Virus record (IMG/VR): IMGVR_UViG_3300016471_001035 | Coordinates: 1 to 64,000 of that record | Length of the DNA: 64,000 nucleotides | Source of the DNA: a virus | Strand: one strand, 5' to 3' | Shown here: positions 1 through 8,467 of the stretch, piece by piece | Numbering within the stretch: the first letter of the stretch is position 1 | Layout: every line of letters begins with the position of its first letter | Program-made: the position numbers and the translations under genes | Notes under the pieces: model-generated | Told to the model about the DNA's origin: nothing | Seen by the model: the letters and a program-made list of their open reading frames with translations, nothing else | Database searches by the model: none

Positions 1-109
1 GATTATTTAAAGAGAGAGATTATATTTTAGTTTGCGAGAGAAATAGTCAGGACGATTTTTACGTACATAAAAGATTACTTTAACAAATTATTTTCTACTA
101 AATAATCAT

Positions 110-718
110 ATGGCTGACGTAACAATATCTGGATTAACCTTAAATACTCCCAATAAAGATAGCGCAGTAATCCCTTATTCTGATGGCTCTACGACATATA
201 AGACGAGTCCTAGCGGGATAGTAGCGGCAAGTCCAGGTTGTGTGTTACAGGTACAACAAGCAGTTTATAGTGATCAAATAGATTATAATACGGGAGGCTC
301 AGGAATAACAACTTGGACAGATTTTCCTAATCTATCTGTTTCTATTACTCCAAAAGCACTTAATAGTAAGTTCCTCTTGAATGGAGTTGCTCATTTCTGT
401 ATGAACCCTACAACCTCATGTAATTTTAGATTTGTCAGAAATAACTCTCCTATAGGGGTAGGCTCATCCGGTGCAGGAGGACAAGCATCGTTTCGAAATA
501 GTAATGGCAATTCTCAATGGGCAACATGTGCTTCAAACATATTTCTAGACAACACAATTTTAACAAATCTTAATCCTATAGTGTATAAATTACAATTCCA
601 TCCATTTACAGGAGATCCCAGACAAATTAGACTTAATAACTCTTTTTATATTGCAGGTAATAATACTGATGGATTTAGATGTATATCTACTCTAACAGTA
701 CAAGAAATAGCTGGATAA
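110..718 (+). CDS. MADVTI-family short tail fibre/adhesin, tip class 1
   Basis: N-terminus MADVTISGL..P....IPYSDG.TTYK; C-domain G.VLQV...SVSITP...SKFL...STLTVQEIAG, typical of aquatic phage fibre tips; TAAATA 5 nt before ATG. Confidence 0.7.
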   Translation: MADVTISGLTLNTPNKDSAVIPYSDGSTTYKTSPSGIVAASPGCVLQVQQAVYSDQIDYNTGGSGITTWTDFPNLSVSITPKALNSKFLLNGVAHFCMNPTTSCNFRFVRNNSPIGVGSSGAGGQASFRNSNGNSQWATCASNIFLDNTILTNLNPIVYKLQFHPFTGDPRQIRLNNSFYIAGNNTDGFRCISTLTVQEIAG

Positions 719-726
719 ATACTAAT

Positions 727-1281
727 ATGGCCGATGTAACGATTTCTCAATTACAATCCAATACACCGAATAAGAATACAGCCGTAATCCCTTATTCTGA
801 TGGCACTACGACGTATAAAACCAGTCCTTCGGGTATAGTTGCGGCAAGTCCGGGTTGTGTTTTACAGGTAGTATTTGGTACCAACTCAACTGCTATATCA
901 CATACCTCAACATATGTTAATGTCATTTCACAAAGTATTACTACTATAGGTTCTAATAGTAGGATATTGGTATCTATAAATCAGCATTGTGCCACAGGAC
1001 AAGATGCAGGTATAGGCTTTAGAATATTAAGAGATGCTACAACCCTAATAACATATGGAGGTAATTCCACTCAAGGAGGTATACAGCAAGTAGGAGGAAC
1101 AGTCAATGTACAGATTAATAACCTTCTTAATTTTCAATATTTAGACACCGGACCATTAACTACAGGAACATCCTATACATACTATGGCCAAGCCAATAGG
1201 ATAGCTGGGGGTAATTTTGTTACCACAAACGTGGGAGGTAATAGAATTAGCACAATTTCCTTAATGGAAATAGCTGGATAA
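727..1281 (+). CDS. MADVTI-family short tail fibre/adhesin, tip class 1 (start moved from 679 to 727)
   Basis: Paralog of 110..718; MADVTI begins at 727, 5 nt after a TAAATA that overlaps the upstream stop codon; ends LMEIAG. Confidence 0.7.
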   Translation: MADVTISQLQSNTPNKNTAVIPYSDGTTTYKTSPSGIVAASPGCVLQVVFGTNSTAISHTSTYVNVISQSITTIGSNSRILVSINQHCATGQDAGIGFRILRDATTLITYGGNSTQGGIQQVGGTVNVQINNLLNFQYLDTGPLTTGTSYTYYGQANRIAGGNFVTTNVGGNRISTISLMEIAG

Positions 1282-1374
1282 TTTATTTTGTCTAATAACA
1301 AGAAGGGTTATCCTTTAGCTTTAGCGCACGGTTCAGAATCGAATTTTCCCGTACTTAGACATTAAATATTCAAT

Positions 1375-2007
1375 ATGGCTGACGTAACTATAGGTCAATT
1401 AAACTCGGGAATTCCCAGTAAGAATAGCGCGATAATCCCGTTTTCTGATGGCTCTACGACGTATAAAACAGCTCCAAGTGGGATAGTAGCGGCTAGTCCG
1501 GGATCTGTTCTTAAAGTGGTTAACGCTGTATTAACATCTCCCGTGACAACAACATCTTCTTCATATGTAAGTACCGGTTTATCAGTATCCATTACTCCTA
1601 CCTCTCTAAACAGCAAGATATTGGTGATGTTAACAGGAATAGCAACATCCTCAGATATTGGAGGATCACAAAGCTTGTTTAAAATAATAAGAAATAAACC
1701 TACTGCTAATACAGATGTTGACAATCAAAGTACTCAGTCCCTTGGAGGAGATGTGGCTTGTGCAGTTGTTGAGGGCAACTTACCTGGATATCCAGCCTAT
1801 CCATCCAATAACCCTGGAACTAGTAGTAGAAATAGAGGCAGTATAAATTGTACTTTATTAGATTCACCTAATTCAGCATCTCTGGTAACATATACGCTAA
1901 TGTTTAAAAATTATCAAGGAGCAGCTACAGCATTATTAGGAAGATGGAGTTGGGATACAAACTGGTCTACGCCAACAACGTTAACCTTAATGGAAATAGC
2001 TGGATAA
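1375..2007 (+). CDS. MADVTI-family short tail fibre/adhesin, tip class 1
   Basis: Same N-module and SPSGIVAASPG-like linker; GLSVSITPTS.NSKILV; ends LMEIAG. Confidence 0.7.
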   Translation: MADVTIGQLNSGIPSKNSAIIPFSDGSTTYKTAPSGIVAASPGSVLKVVNAVLTSPVTTTSSSYVSTGLSVSITPTSLNSKILVMLTGIATSSDIGGSQSLFKIIRNKPTANTDVDNQSTQSLGGDVACAVVEGNLPGYPAYPSNNPGTSSRNRGSINCTLLDSPNSASLVTYTLMFKNYQGAATALLGRWSWDTNWSTPTTLTLMEIAG

Positions 2008-2146
2008 ATAGACAAAAAACACATAGAATTTCGGGTTTTTTCAGGGAAAATGCAGGATTTTTAATAGGACTGATAGAGCCGGGCCCCTAGAGCTACAATA
2101 GGTTATAGAAGAAATACAGAAATAATGGGGAAATACCATTAAATGC

Positions 2147-2174
2147 TTGACTATAATACGCGAGCATATACAAT
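2147..2174 (+). promoter_or_regulatory. sigma70-type early promoter, leaderless
   Basis: TTGACT-N16-TACAAT-N6-ATG(2181). Confidence 0.75.
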
Positions 2175-2180
2175 AAGAGA

Positions 2181-2471
2181 ATGATAAATGTAACTAAACC
2201 TGACTTCTGGCCTCAGGAAAGAGTAGGGCTTCCTTTTGAGAAGTACGAAAAGCTCTCCGATGACGCCAAGAACATGTATAATAAGATCTATGATTACTGT
2301 ACCTACTCCTCAGACCCACGTTACCAGACCCTCCATAAATTCCGTAAAGAGATTAATAGCTTTAACGGGCGTGATAAAGCTTTCTTAATTGAATATTTTA
2401 ACTCTGATCCGGCTATTAACTGGCCGGGTATTTCTGACTTACCGTGGAAGTACTACGAGAAACCTTATTAA
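2181..2471 (+). CDS. hypothetical early protein
   Basis: ORF directly downstream of the promoter. Confidence 0.6.
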   Translation: MINVTKPDFWPQERVGLPFEKYEKLSDDAKNMYNKIYDYCTYSSDPRYQTLHKFRKEINSFNGRDKAFLIEYFNSDPAINWPGISDLPWKYYEKPY

Positions 2472-2716
2472 ACCTTTTAGCAAATACACACAAGAATATT
2501 ATACTCATTCCGACGGTGGCAGTTAAACCTTTTAATACAACTAAATTATCACCTATATGTATTATGGCTTCGAACATATATAGAAATATTTAATCAAGTA
2601 TTATCCCTTTTTTTCTATTATACTTGGTTATATTTCAAACAAACTTAAACAACGATTATCCCCGCCCGAGGATAATAGACTTGCCTATTATCCTCCCCCC
2701 TCTATAATAATATCTT

Positions 2717-3040
2717 ATGGCTAGATGGAAGAAAGGTCAATCTATATATACCAAGTTTATCGATAACTTGGTCGAACACGTTTCTACCCATTACGATGAT
2801 ATCATTAACCCCCGGTCCTCAGGAGTCATTGCATATGCAAAGGCCTGTGTACCCGATTTTATAGATGGTCTAACGGTTAAAGACCTCGCCCTCATCCACG
2901 AATACCTTATGTATATAACTGAGATGAGATCCGATATCCGCATACCCACCTACGTGTATATGGGCGGGGACCGGATTATGTCTGTTACCCGGCATATCCA
3001 AAAGAATATAGACCTAGAATTGGCCAAACAATATGCATAA
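2717..3040 (+). CDS. hypothetical early protein
   Basis: ORF; TTGCCT-N16-TATAAT at 2681-2708. Confidence 0.6.
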   Translation: MARWKKGQSIYTKFIDNLVEHVSTHYDDIINPRSSGVIAYAKACVPDFIDGLTVKDLALIHEYLMYITEMRSDIRIPTYVYMGGDRIMSVTRHIQKNIDLELAKQYA

Positions 3041-3290
3041 TTACGAAATGGCTTTAGGCTCTACCCTTATTGTAGAACATATAATAGATGCTTCTAACAA
3101 ACACCTCAACCCTCTTCCTATCTGCTATTTTGGGATTCTAACCTTTACTATCTTTCTTATTGCAATTTCTTACTTTCTCTATTCCCAAATTACTAAAAGG
3201 TAAACTCCAAAAAACCCATATAGAATAAGCTTGACTGCCTTTTCATTTTATATTATAATACCACATCCCCTTCTCTATTTTTTTTATAAA

Positions 3291-3424
3291 GGTTCAGAGC
3301 TCCCCCCTCCGGCCGTAATCTTAAGGTGGTACATATAGTATAATGGAACTAGCAATTCTGTCAATAACAAAATAAAGCTTGTTTCAACCCAAAAAGCCCA
3401 TATAATATAGGTATGTTAAATAAA
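3291..3424. repeat. Divergent-promoter element, copy 1 (copy 2 at ~5534-5670)
   Basis: Shared blocks GTTCAG..CTCCCCCCTCC.GCCGTAA.CTTAAGGTGGTA, GTCAATAACAAAATA and TATAATA....TATGTTAAATAAA. Confidence 0.85.
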
Positions 3425-3643
3425 GCAAAAGTCGAACAACTACATAACCAATACCTACAATTTGAAAAAGCTATTAGTAAGGTTAGCTATAATAAGCTTA
3501 CAGAATTGTTGGATGTTAATGAAAGTAATTTAGATAGTTTTGATAAAGTGTATGGGGATAAGGTTTGTGAATTGTTAGAAGTGTATGCTACTATCAAATC
3601 TATAATTAAGGAACGCAATAAGCTTGCCAAACTAGTTGACTAA
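3413..3643 (+). CDS. hypothetical early protein
   Basis: Leaderless after TTGTTT-N16-TATAAT; ends ..LVD* over the next -35 box. Confidence 0.65.
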   Translation: MLNKAKVEQLHNQYLQFEKAISKVSYNKLTELLDVNESNLDSFDKVYGDKVCELLEVYATIKSIIKERNKLAKLVD

Positions 3644-3663
3644 ATTTTAATTTCAGCCATAAT
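3636..3663 (+). promoter_or_regulatory. sigma70-type early promoter overlapping upstream stop
   Basis: TTGACT-N16-CATAAT-N6-ATG(3670). Confidence 0.8.
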
Positions 3664-3669
3664 ATAAAA

Positions 3670-4011
3670 ATGAAAACAAGTTGTAAAGTGTGTAATAATA
3701 AAGTGGTAGGGGCTAAAATTAGAGAGCTCTTTAAAGAGGGTTGTATAAAGAATGGTGCTACAGTTGAAGATGCCTATTATGCTAATATGCATAATTGTAG
3801 CAGATATAATAATAAGCTAGTAGATGGTTATAAGATTGTCTATAAAAGTTTAAATTATGGAGCATTCAAAATGTTTAAAAATGATCGCATTAATGTGCAA
3901 AAGGTATGGAAGTATGTATTAGAGCATATTAATAAGATTGATAGTGGGTGGGTGTATAGGGAGTATAGTGGAGAGCATTATGGGATTAGTAAGGAGTTTA
4001 GGGTTGACTAA
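3670..4011 (+). CDS. hypothetical early protein (N-terminal CxxC)
   Basis: ORF with its own promoter. Confidence 0.65.
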   Translation: MKTSCKVCNNKVVGAKIRELFKEGCIKNGATVEDAYYANMHNCSRYNNKLVDGYKIVYKSLNYGAFKMFKNDRINVQKVWKYVLEHINKIDSGWVYREYSGEHYGISKEFRVD

Positions 4012-4031
4012 ATCCAAACTTCCAATATAAT
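4004..4031 (+). promoter_or_regulatory. sigma70-type early promoter
   Basis: TTGACT-N16-TATAAT-N6-ATG(4038). Confidence 0.8.
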
Positions 4032-4037
4032 AGGAGT

Positions 4038-4328
4038 ATGATGAAAAGCAAAATTGAAAAAGTAGTTAGGGAGTTGAAAGCTGATTGTGAAACTGAATTT
4101 GAGGATAGTAATTATGAGGATGTAGTAACAGACTTATACCCCTATTTGAAGAGGATTAATGAGATTAGTGGGTTAAATGATAATAAGAAGCAAGATAAGA
4201 TTTATGAGGAGTTGAAGGATTTTTGTGGTGAAGCCTATTTCCATGTTGCTGAATGTATGTGGGCAGATTTTAATGATAGTTATATTGAAAAGACTGTTAA
4301 TAAGATTGAAGAGATTTTGGTTGACTAA
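4038..4328 (+). CDS. acidic hypothetical early protein
   Basis: D/E-rich ORF with its own promoter. Confidence 0.65.
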   Translation: MMKSKIEKVVRELKADCETEFEDSNYEDVVTDLYPYLKRINEISGLNDNKKQDKIYEELKDFCGEAYFHVAECMWADFNDSYIEKTVNKIEEILVD

Positions 4329-4348
4329 ATCTAAAATTCAGCCATAAT
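4321..4348 (+). promoter_or_regulatory. sigma70-type early promoter
   Basis: TTGACT-N16-CATAAT-N7-ATG(4356). Confidence 0.8.
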
Positions 4349-4355
4349 AGGAGGT

Positions 4356-4565
4356 ATGATGAAACTAGAAAGAAAGAAACAAATTAGTGAGCTTATTGAA
4401 GAGACATTCAATAATGTCACCAAACTAAATGACCTACTCAAGAAATCAGATTATGTGTGGGCCAGAAAGAATAGTGAATCTGAAAATGATGATGATTATG
4501 AATTGGCTGAATCCATTCTTGGGGTGGGAGAGAATCTTAAAGATTGGGGGAAGATGTTTGAATGA
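4356..4565 (+). CDS. acidic hypothetical early protein
   Basis: ORF with its own promoter. Confidence 0.6.
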   Translation: MMKLERKKQISELIEETFNNVTKLNDLLKKSDYVWARKNSESENDDDYELAESILGVGENLKDWGKMFE

Positions 4566-4765
4566 AAACAAAAAATAAGAAAAAGACATTTGAAGTTGAT
4601 ATTGCAGTCACTCTCTTTATCACAAAAGAAGTAGAAGCAGAAGATGAAGATGAAGCTCAATCTATTGCAGAGCATTCCATCAAGACAGGAACTGTTATGG
4701 ATGCTTGGCAGAGTGGAGATTGTGAGATTGAAAGTCAAGGATGTACTGAAGTGGAGGTAGAGTGA
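4562..4765 (+). CDS. acidic hypothetical protein (VEAEDEDEA motif)
   Basis: ATGA overlap with upstream gene; motif common in small phage proteins. Confidence 0.6.
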   Translation: MKTKNKKKTFEVDIAVTLFITKEVEAEDEDEAQSIAEHSIKTGTVMDAWQSGDCEIESQGCTEVEVE

Positions 4766-4980
4766 ATACATTCAAACCATACAATCAAACTAATGTGGTA
4801 GACTTCTATAAGGAGTTGGTGAAGAGGTGGGCAGATGATCAGTTAGATCAACTTCATGAATACCCCATCACTAATAGGAAAGAGGCATTAGAAAGGCTTC
4901 TAGATAGTTCTCTTGATGTGTTTAGGGATGATATTACTGAAGAGATCAGAAAAAGAAATTTATCTTTTTTGGTTGACTAA
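4762..4980 (+). CDS. hypothetical early protein
   Basis: GTGA overlap; ends ..LVD* over the next -35 box. Confidence 0.6.
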   Translation: MNTFKPYNQTNVVDFYKELVKRWADDQLDQLHEYPITNRKEALERLLDSSLDVFRDDITEEIRKRNLSFLVD

Positions 4981-5000
4981 AATCCCAATTCAGATATAAT
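4973..5000 (+). promoter_or_regulatory. sigma70-type early promoter
   Basis: TTGACT-N16-TATAAT-N6-ATG(5007). Confidence 0.8.
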
Positions 5001-5006
5001 AGGTGT

Positions 5007-5312
5007 ATGATGAAAAACAAACAACAGTATCTATCAATTGACTTGTATAATGGCAAAAGCAAGTGGATCTCTCAAAAAGACTTCCTTGCATTTACTATTG
5101 GAGATGAATATGATGGTAAAGATAGTAAAGGGTACTATTATGAGTATAAGACTGATGTGGGGAAAACTGAAAAAGAGTACTATAATTGGAGGGACAATTT
5201 TGAAGACATTCAAAAGACTCCTACCCATACCATCTATAAAACTGAAGAGTGTATGTTAATTGACTTCACCAATCATGACTTTAAGGGTAGTTGGTTAAAG
5301 GAGAACAAATGA
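5007..5312 (+). CDS. hypothetical early protein
   Basis: ORF with its own promoter. Confidence 0.65.
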   Translation: MMKNKQQYLSIDLYNGKSKWISQKDFLAFTIGDEYDGKDSKGYYYEYKTDVGKTEKEYYNWRDNFEDIQKTPTHTIYKTEECMLIDFTNHDFKGSWLKENK

Positions 5313-5470
5313 AAATCAATAAAGAACAAAAAGAGAAAGTACTAGAAGTACTAGAACAATTAGCTGAAGATGCAGGTTATGAGAGTTATGAGAGTGGTGG
5401 TATGGAGAATATTGATAATGTAAATCCATACTACAAGAAGATTTGTAGGGTTCTTAAACTCAACTCCTAA
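5309..5470 (+). CDS. small acidic protein (53 aa, not in ORF track)
   Basis: ATGA overlap; MKINKEQKEKVLEVLEQLAEDAGYESYESGG... Confidence 0.55.
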   Translation: MKINKEQKEKVLEVLEQLAEDAGYESYESGGMENIDNVNPYYKKICRVLKLNS

Positions 5471-5483
5471 CCCATCATAATGG

Positions 5484-5521
5484 AAAAGGCTTATTGTAAA
5501 AGATAAGTCTTTTCTGTTTTT
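5484..5521 (+). terminator. putative intrinsic terminator
   Basis: AAAAGGCTTAT-loop-ATAAGTCTTTT followed by CTGTTTTT. Confidence 0.5.
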
Positions 5522-5533
5522 ATATAGAAAAAT

Positions 5534-5670
5534 GTTCAGTCCAGTCCTCCCCCCTCCTGCCGTAACTTAAGGTGGTAGGTATATTGTATAGGGATTTAGG
5601 TTTTGGTCAATAACAAAATAGTATTTGACTTAAACCAAAATTCTACTATAATAGTTGTATGTTAAATAAA
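5534..5670. repeat. Divergent-promoter element, copy 2
   Basis: See copy 1; minus-strand TTGACC-N16-TACAAT (5610-5583) and plus-strand TTGACT-N16-TATAAT (5625-5652). Confidence 0.85.
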
Positions 5671-5847
5671 AACGAATTTGATAGTTTTGAGGAAATTGAA
5701 AAGTTTATTTATGAAATTGGGGATAGAGATTTAGAGATATATTTTGATAATTTGAAGGAAAGTTATGGGGTTAGTGAATGGGGGGAGGAAAGGATTATAG
5801 AGGAGTTTAGTAAGTATGTGGTTAAAAGTGGGATTTATTTTGTTTGA
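5659..5847 (+). CDS. acidic hypothetical early protein
   Basis: Leaderless; starts MLNK like 3413. Confidence 0.6.
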   Translation: MLNKNEFDSFEEIEKFIYEIGDRDLEIYFDNLKESYGVSEWGEERIIEEFSKYVVKSGIYFV

Positions 5848-5877
5848 ATAAAAAGTAATTTCCAATATAATATAAAA

Positions 5878-6129
5878 ATGATGAATAAAGAAGTTAAAAA
5901 TATATATGGTGGTGAATTGGTAAGTGAAAAGGATGTAATTTGGGATGATGATAAGGAGGTGTTTATTTGTAAGAAAGAATTGGAGGAGGGTAAGTATTAT
6001 GGTTATTATTGTGATGTAAGTAATGAGGGGTTTGTATTTTGGAAGAAAGATGGGAAGGTAGATTATGATGTAGGAGATGTGGATGAATATGGTGATTGGA
6101 TTTTAGTAGAGAAAGGAATTGTTAAATGA
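5878..6129 (+). CDS. acidic hypothetical early protein
   Basis: TTGAAT-N16-TATAAT (5844-5871) upstream. Confidence 0.6.
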   Translation: MMNKEVKNIYGGELVSEKDVIWDDDKEVFICKKELEEGKYYGYYCDVSNEGFVFWKKDGKVDYDVGDVDEYGDWILVEKGIVK

Positions 6130-6398
6130 ATAAAGGATTGAAAGTTAATAGAGGAGAGGATATGGATAGTTTGTATGAAAGTATGGAATATGATTTTGAG
6201 AATGGAGCGGGTATTATTGATAGTTTGAAGCGTATTAATAAAGTTCCGAAAAAGGATTGGGTAAAAGTATTAGAAGGGTTTAAGGAGTGGGAGTTAAGGG
6301 AGTTGGGAGAGAATAGTGAATGGGATAAAGATGAAATGGATAAAGAGAGTGTTGAGTTTATAGAGAAGAATAAGATTAAATGGAATTGGATGTATTGA
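6126..6398 (+). CDS. acidic hypothetical early protein
   Basis: ORF track; E/D/K/W-rich. Confidence 0.55.
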   Translation: MNKGLKVNRGEDMDSLYESMEYDFENGAGIIDSLKRINKVPKKDWVKVLEGFKEWELRELGENSEWDKDEMDKESVEFIEKNKIKWNWMY

Positions 6399-6440
6399 TT
6401 TTGGAGTTGACAAAAAAGTAAATTCCCGTATAATAGGAGT

Positions 6441-6656
6441 ATGATGAAGAAAATATATTTGAATATTGATTGGATGAGTAGGAGTGTTAGTGTTAGTGAT
6501 AAAGAGGGATTTGAGGATTGGAAAAAGTATTTGGTGGAAGAGAATAAATGTGGGGAGAATAAGGATGGGAATAGTTTGGAGATTTATAATGAGGATGATG
6601 AAGATGAGGGTGATAGTATGGTAGAGTTAGAGATTGAAGAGAAAGATTTGTATTGA
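6441..6656 (+). CDS. highly acidic early protein
   Basis: TTGACA-N16-TATAAT (6407-6434) upstream; EDDEDEGD tract. Confidence 0.65.
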   Translation: MMKKIYLNIDWMSRSVSVSDKEGFEDWKKYLVEENKCGENKDGNSLEIYNEDDEDEGDSMVELEIEEKDLY

Positions 6657-6686
6657 CCCAAATCTAAATTCCCCTATAATATGTGT

Positions 6687-6881
6687 ATGATAAATGATAC
6701 AGAGAAGAGTGAGAGGGAGTTGTTTATAGCTTATACAATTGAGAACATTATAAATGGGCTCAAATATATTGGCAATGAAGTGGATCCAGAGAATACCCCA
6801 GCCTGGAATAGTATTAGAAAGCAGTTAGAAACTATTGATAATCAGGTTGATAGGCTGGTAAACAGGACTAAATGGAAATGA
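6687..6881 (+). CDS. hypothetical early protein (start probably 6687)
   Basis: TTGACC-N16-TATAAT (6653-6680), then 6 nt to ATG 6687. Confidence 0.6.
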   Translation: MINDTEKSERELFIAYTIENIINGLKYIGNEVDPENTPAWNSIRKQLETIDNQVDRLVNRTKWK

Positions 6882-7105
6882 AGTTCTCTTATAAGAAGCT
6901 GATTGATGAGCATACAAAAGCTCTCAAGTTAAGATGGGGGGATGATTGCCTCTCTAAAGGAAGTAAGACTGCTATCAATTATGGATGGGGGCAGACAGAT
7001 AACTCTATCTGCTCTAAAATTTATTTGGAGAGTGGGCATCAAGTTTTAGATACTTGGTTTGATGAAGAGGATATGATTTACAGGTCAGCACAATCAGATT
7101 ATTGA
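6872..7105 (+). CDS. hypothetical early protein
   Basis: ORF track; overlaps the upstream stop. Confidence 0.55.
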   Translation: MEMKFSYKKLIDEHTKALKLRWGDDCLSKGSKTAINYGWGQTDNSICSKIYLESGHQVLDTWFDEEDMIYRSAQSDY

Positions 7106-7140
7106 GTTGACTAAACTTAAAGTTCTTTCATAATAATAGC

Positions 7141-7278
7141 AGTTCCTTCCGCAGTACGGGTTTGACTAGCCCAATTGATGTACTGAAGCCCCAACGCCCA
7201 GAGTCTGAGGCGGGTAAAGGTGGGTATATTGTCCTAACTACTGTCGACGTTACTAGAGTAGGGGAGTCGGAAGGAGCT
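7141..7278 (+). ncRNA. putative structured non-coding RNA (~138 nt), family not recognised
   Basis: Promoter TTGACT-N16-CATAAT (7107-7134) with no ATG at +1; 5' AGTTCCTTCCG pairs with 3' CGGAAGGAGCT; internal stems; U-tract follows. Confidence 0.7.
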
Positions 7279-7322
7279 ACTTTTTTAGTTGACGCAAACA
7301 GAAGTTCAGCCATAATAGTAGT

Positions 7323-7493
7323 ATGATGAAATTCGAAACACAAAGACAGATTGAATATTGGTTGGAAGAAATGAATAACGGACATTTCGATAATATGTAT
7401 GAGAATTGTTGTGATATGTATGATAGTGAGGTGTTGATTGTTGATGAGTTTAATAATCAAATCAATTTCTTCTTGAGTGAGGCTTGTCCATAA
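7323..7493 (+). CDS. small acidic early protein (56 aa, not in ORF track)
   Basis: TTGACG-N16-CATAAT-N6-ATG; MMKFETQRQIEYWLEEM... Confidence 0.6.
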   Translation: MMKFETQRQIEYWLEEMNNGHFDNMYENCCDMYDSEVLIVDEFNNQINFFLSEACP

Positions 7494-7533
7494 TTTGGCT
7501 TGACCCAAACCTACATTCAGCCATAATAGTAGT

Positions 7534-7701
7534 ATGATGACAATGACGATCAGAGAAGCGGTGAAGAAGTATAAGAAGAAGGATACGTGCAGGTACTTCT
7601 TGAAATGTACCAATAAAGCCACCACCACCATCCCCAGTCCTATTCTGGGTGAGGTGCCTGCTTGTAAGAGCTGTTCAGACTTCTATAAGAGACAATCATG
7701 A
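7534..7701 (+). CDS. small Cys-rich early protein (55 aa, not in ORF track)
   Basis: TTGACC-N16-CATAAT-N6-ATG; C-x5-C...CxxC, possible Zn finger. Confidence 0.6.
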   Translation: MMTMTIREAVKKYKKKDTCRYFLKCTNKATTTIPSPILGEVPACKSCSDFYKRQS

Positions 7702-7925
7702 CATACAGAGTTACTTGGTATTCAATGTGGGCCAGACCTCAGATATATGATGGGCTCACCAAGCAAGAAGCAGATACTTTAGTCTGGCAGGGTAGGGAGA
7801 GTCAGTATAAAGTAAAGGTAGAAGAGTTTGAGATAGATGGTGATAATCGAACTACACTCGAATAACGCCCCCCGAGCTTAAACTTTATAGTTGACCAACC
7901 CCCAAGAAGCACCTACAATAGTAGT

Positions 7926-8246
7926 ATGATGAATAAAGAAGTTACTTACGAGATCTACGATACAATGATTGGTGATTGGCGCAAAGTCTCCGAGCCTGCT
8001 ATCGGAGGTATTAAGTGGGAGAAGCGTGAGCAGATCGGGGATGAGGTCCAATCTGCCTATTACGATAACTCCTTCTACAAGGTACCCTTCTATGGCCCTT
8101 ACGATCAGGGTCGTATCCATCGTGCTCTCAACAATTTATATCCCGCACGATTCAATAAGTTCGGTGGTTATACTACCGTTTCAAGCGTAGAGCAGCTTGA
8201 TGATCAACACATTAAGGTAGAGCTCTGCTACCATATCGGAGACTAA
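7926..8246 (+). CDS. hypothetical early protein
   Basis: TTGACC-N17-TACAAT-N6-ATG. Confidence 0.65.
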   Translation: MMNKEVTYEIYDTMIGDWRKVSEPAIGGIKWEKREQIGDEVQSAYYDNSFYKVPFYGPYDQGRIHRALNNLYPARFNKFGGYTTVSSVEQLDDQHIKVELCYHIGD

Positions 8247-8248
8247 CT

Positions 8249-8467
8249 ATGACAAGTAAGCTCAGAGCATTCGAAGACATCATATTAAACATACCAGAAA
8301 CGTGCGAGCTTAAGGGAGCTCTAAGGGGCGCTATCAACGATAGTGATATTCGTACCGAAGATAAGCGTCGGTTACATATGCACATCAATCAATGTAACAC
8401 TATCAACGACTTACAGAGGTTATTCTACAACGCTTTACTCAAGTATGAAGGACATGGAGTTGTATGA
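8249..8467 (+). CDS. hypothetical protein
   Basis: ORF in operon; ends FYNALLKYEGHGVV. Confidence 0.55.
   Translation: MTSKLRAFEDIILNIPETCELKGALRGAINDSDIRTEDKRRLHMHINQCNTINDLQRLFYNALLKYEGHGVV

Noticed and set aside
3285-3334. 16-aa peptide MYHLKITAGGGSSEPL on the minus strand in repeat copy 1
   Set aside because: The ATG lies upstream of the predicted +1 and is absent in copy 2, which also has a 1-nt indel; conservation is at the nucleotide level.
7141-7278. 5S rRNA or hammerhead identity for the structured RNA
   Set aside because: The 3' AGAGTAGGG resembles 5S, but the conserved CCGAAC loop is absent and the arm layout differs; no CUGAUGA/GAAA hammerhead core.
7128-7631. 167-aa minus-strand ORF
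   Set aside because: Antisense shadow of the ncRNA and two promoter-led + strand ORFs; hydrophobic composition reflects the strand skew.
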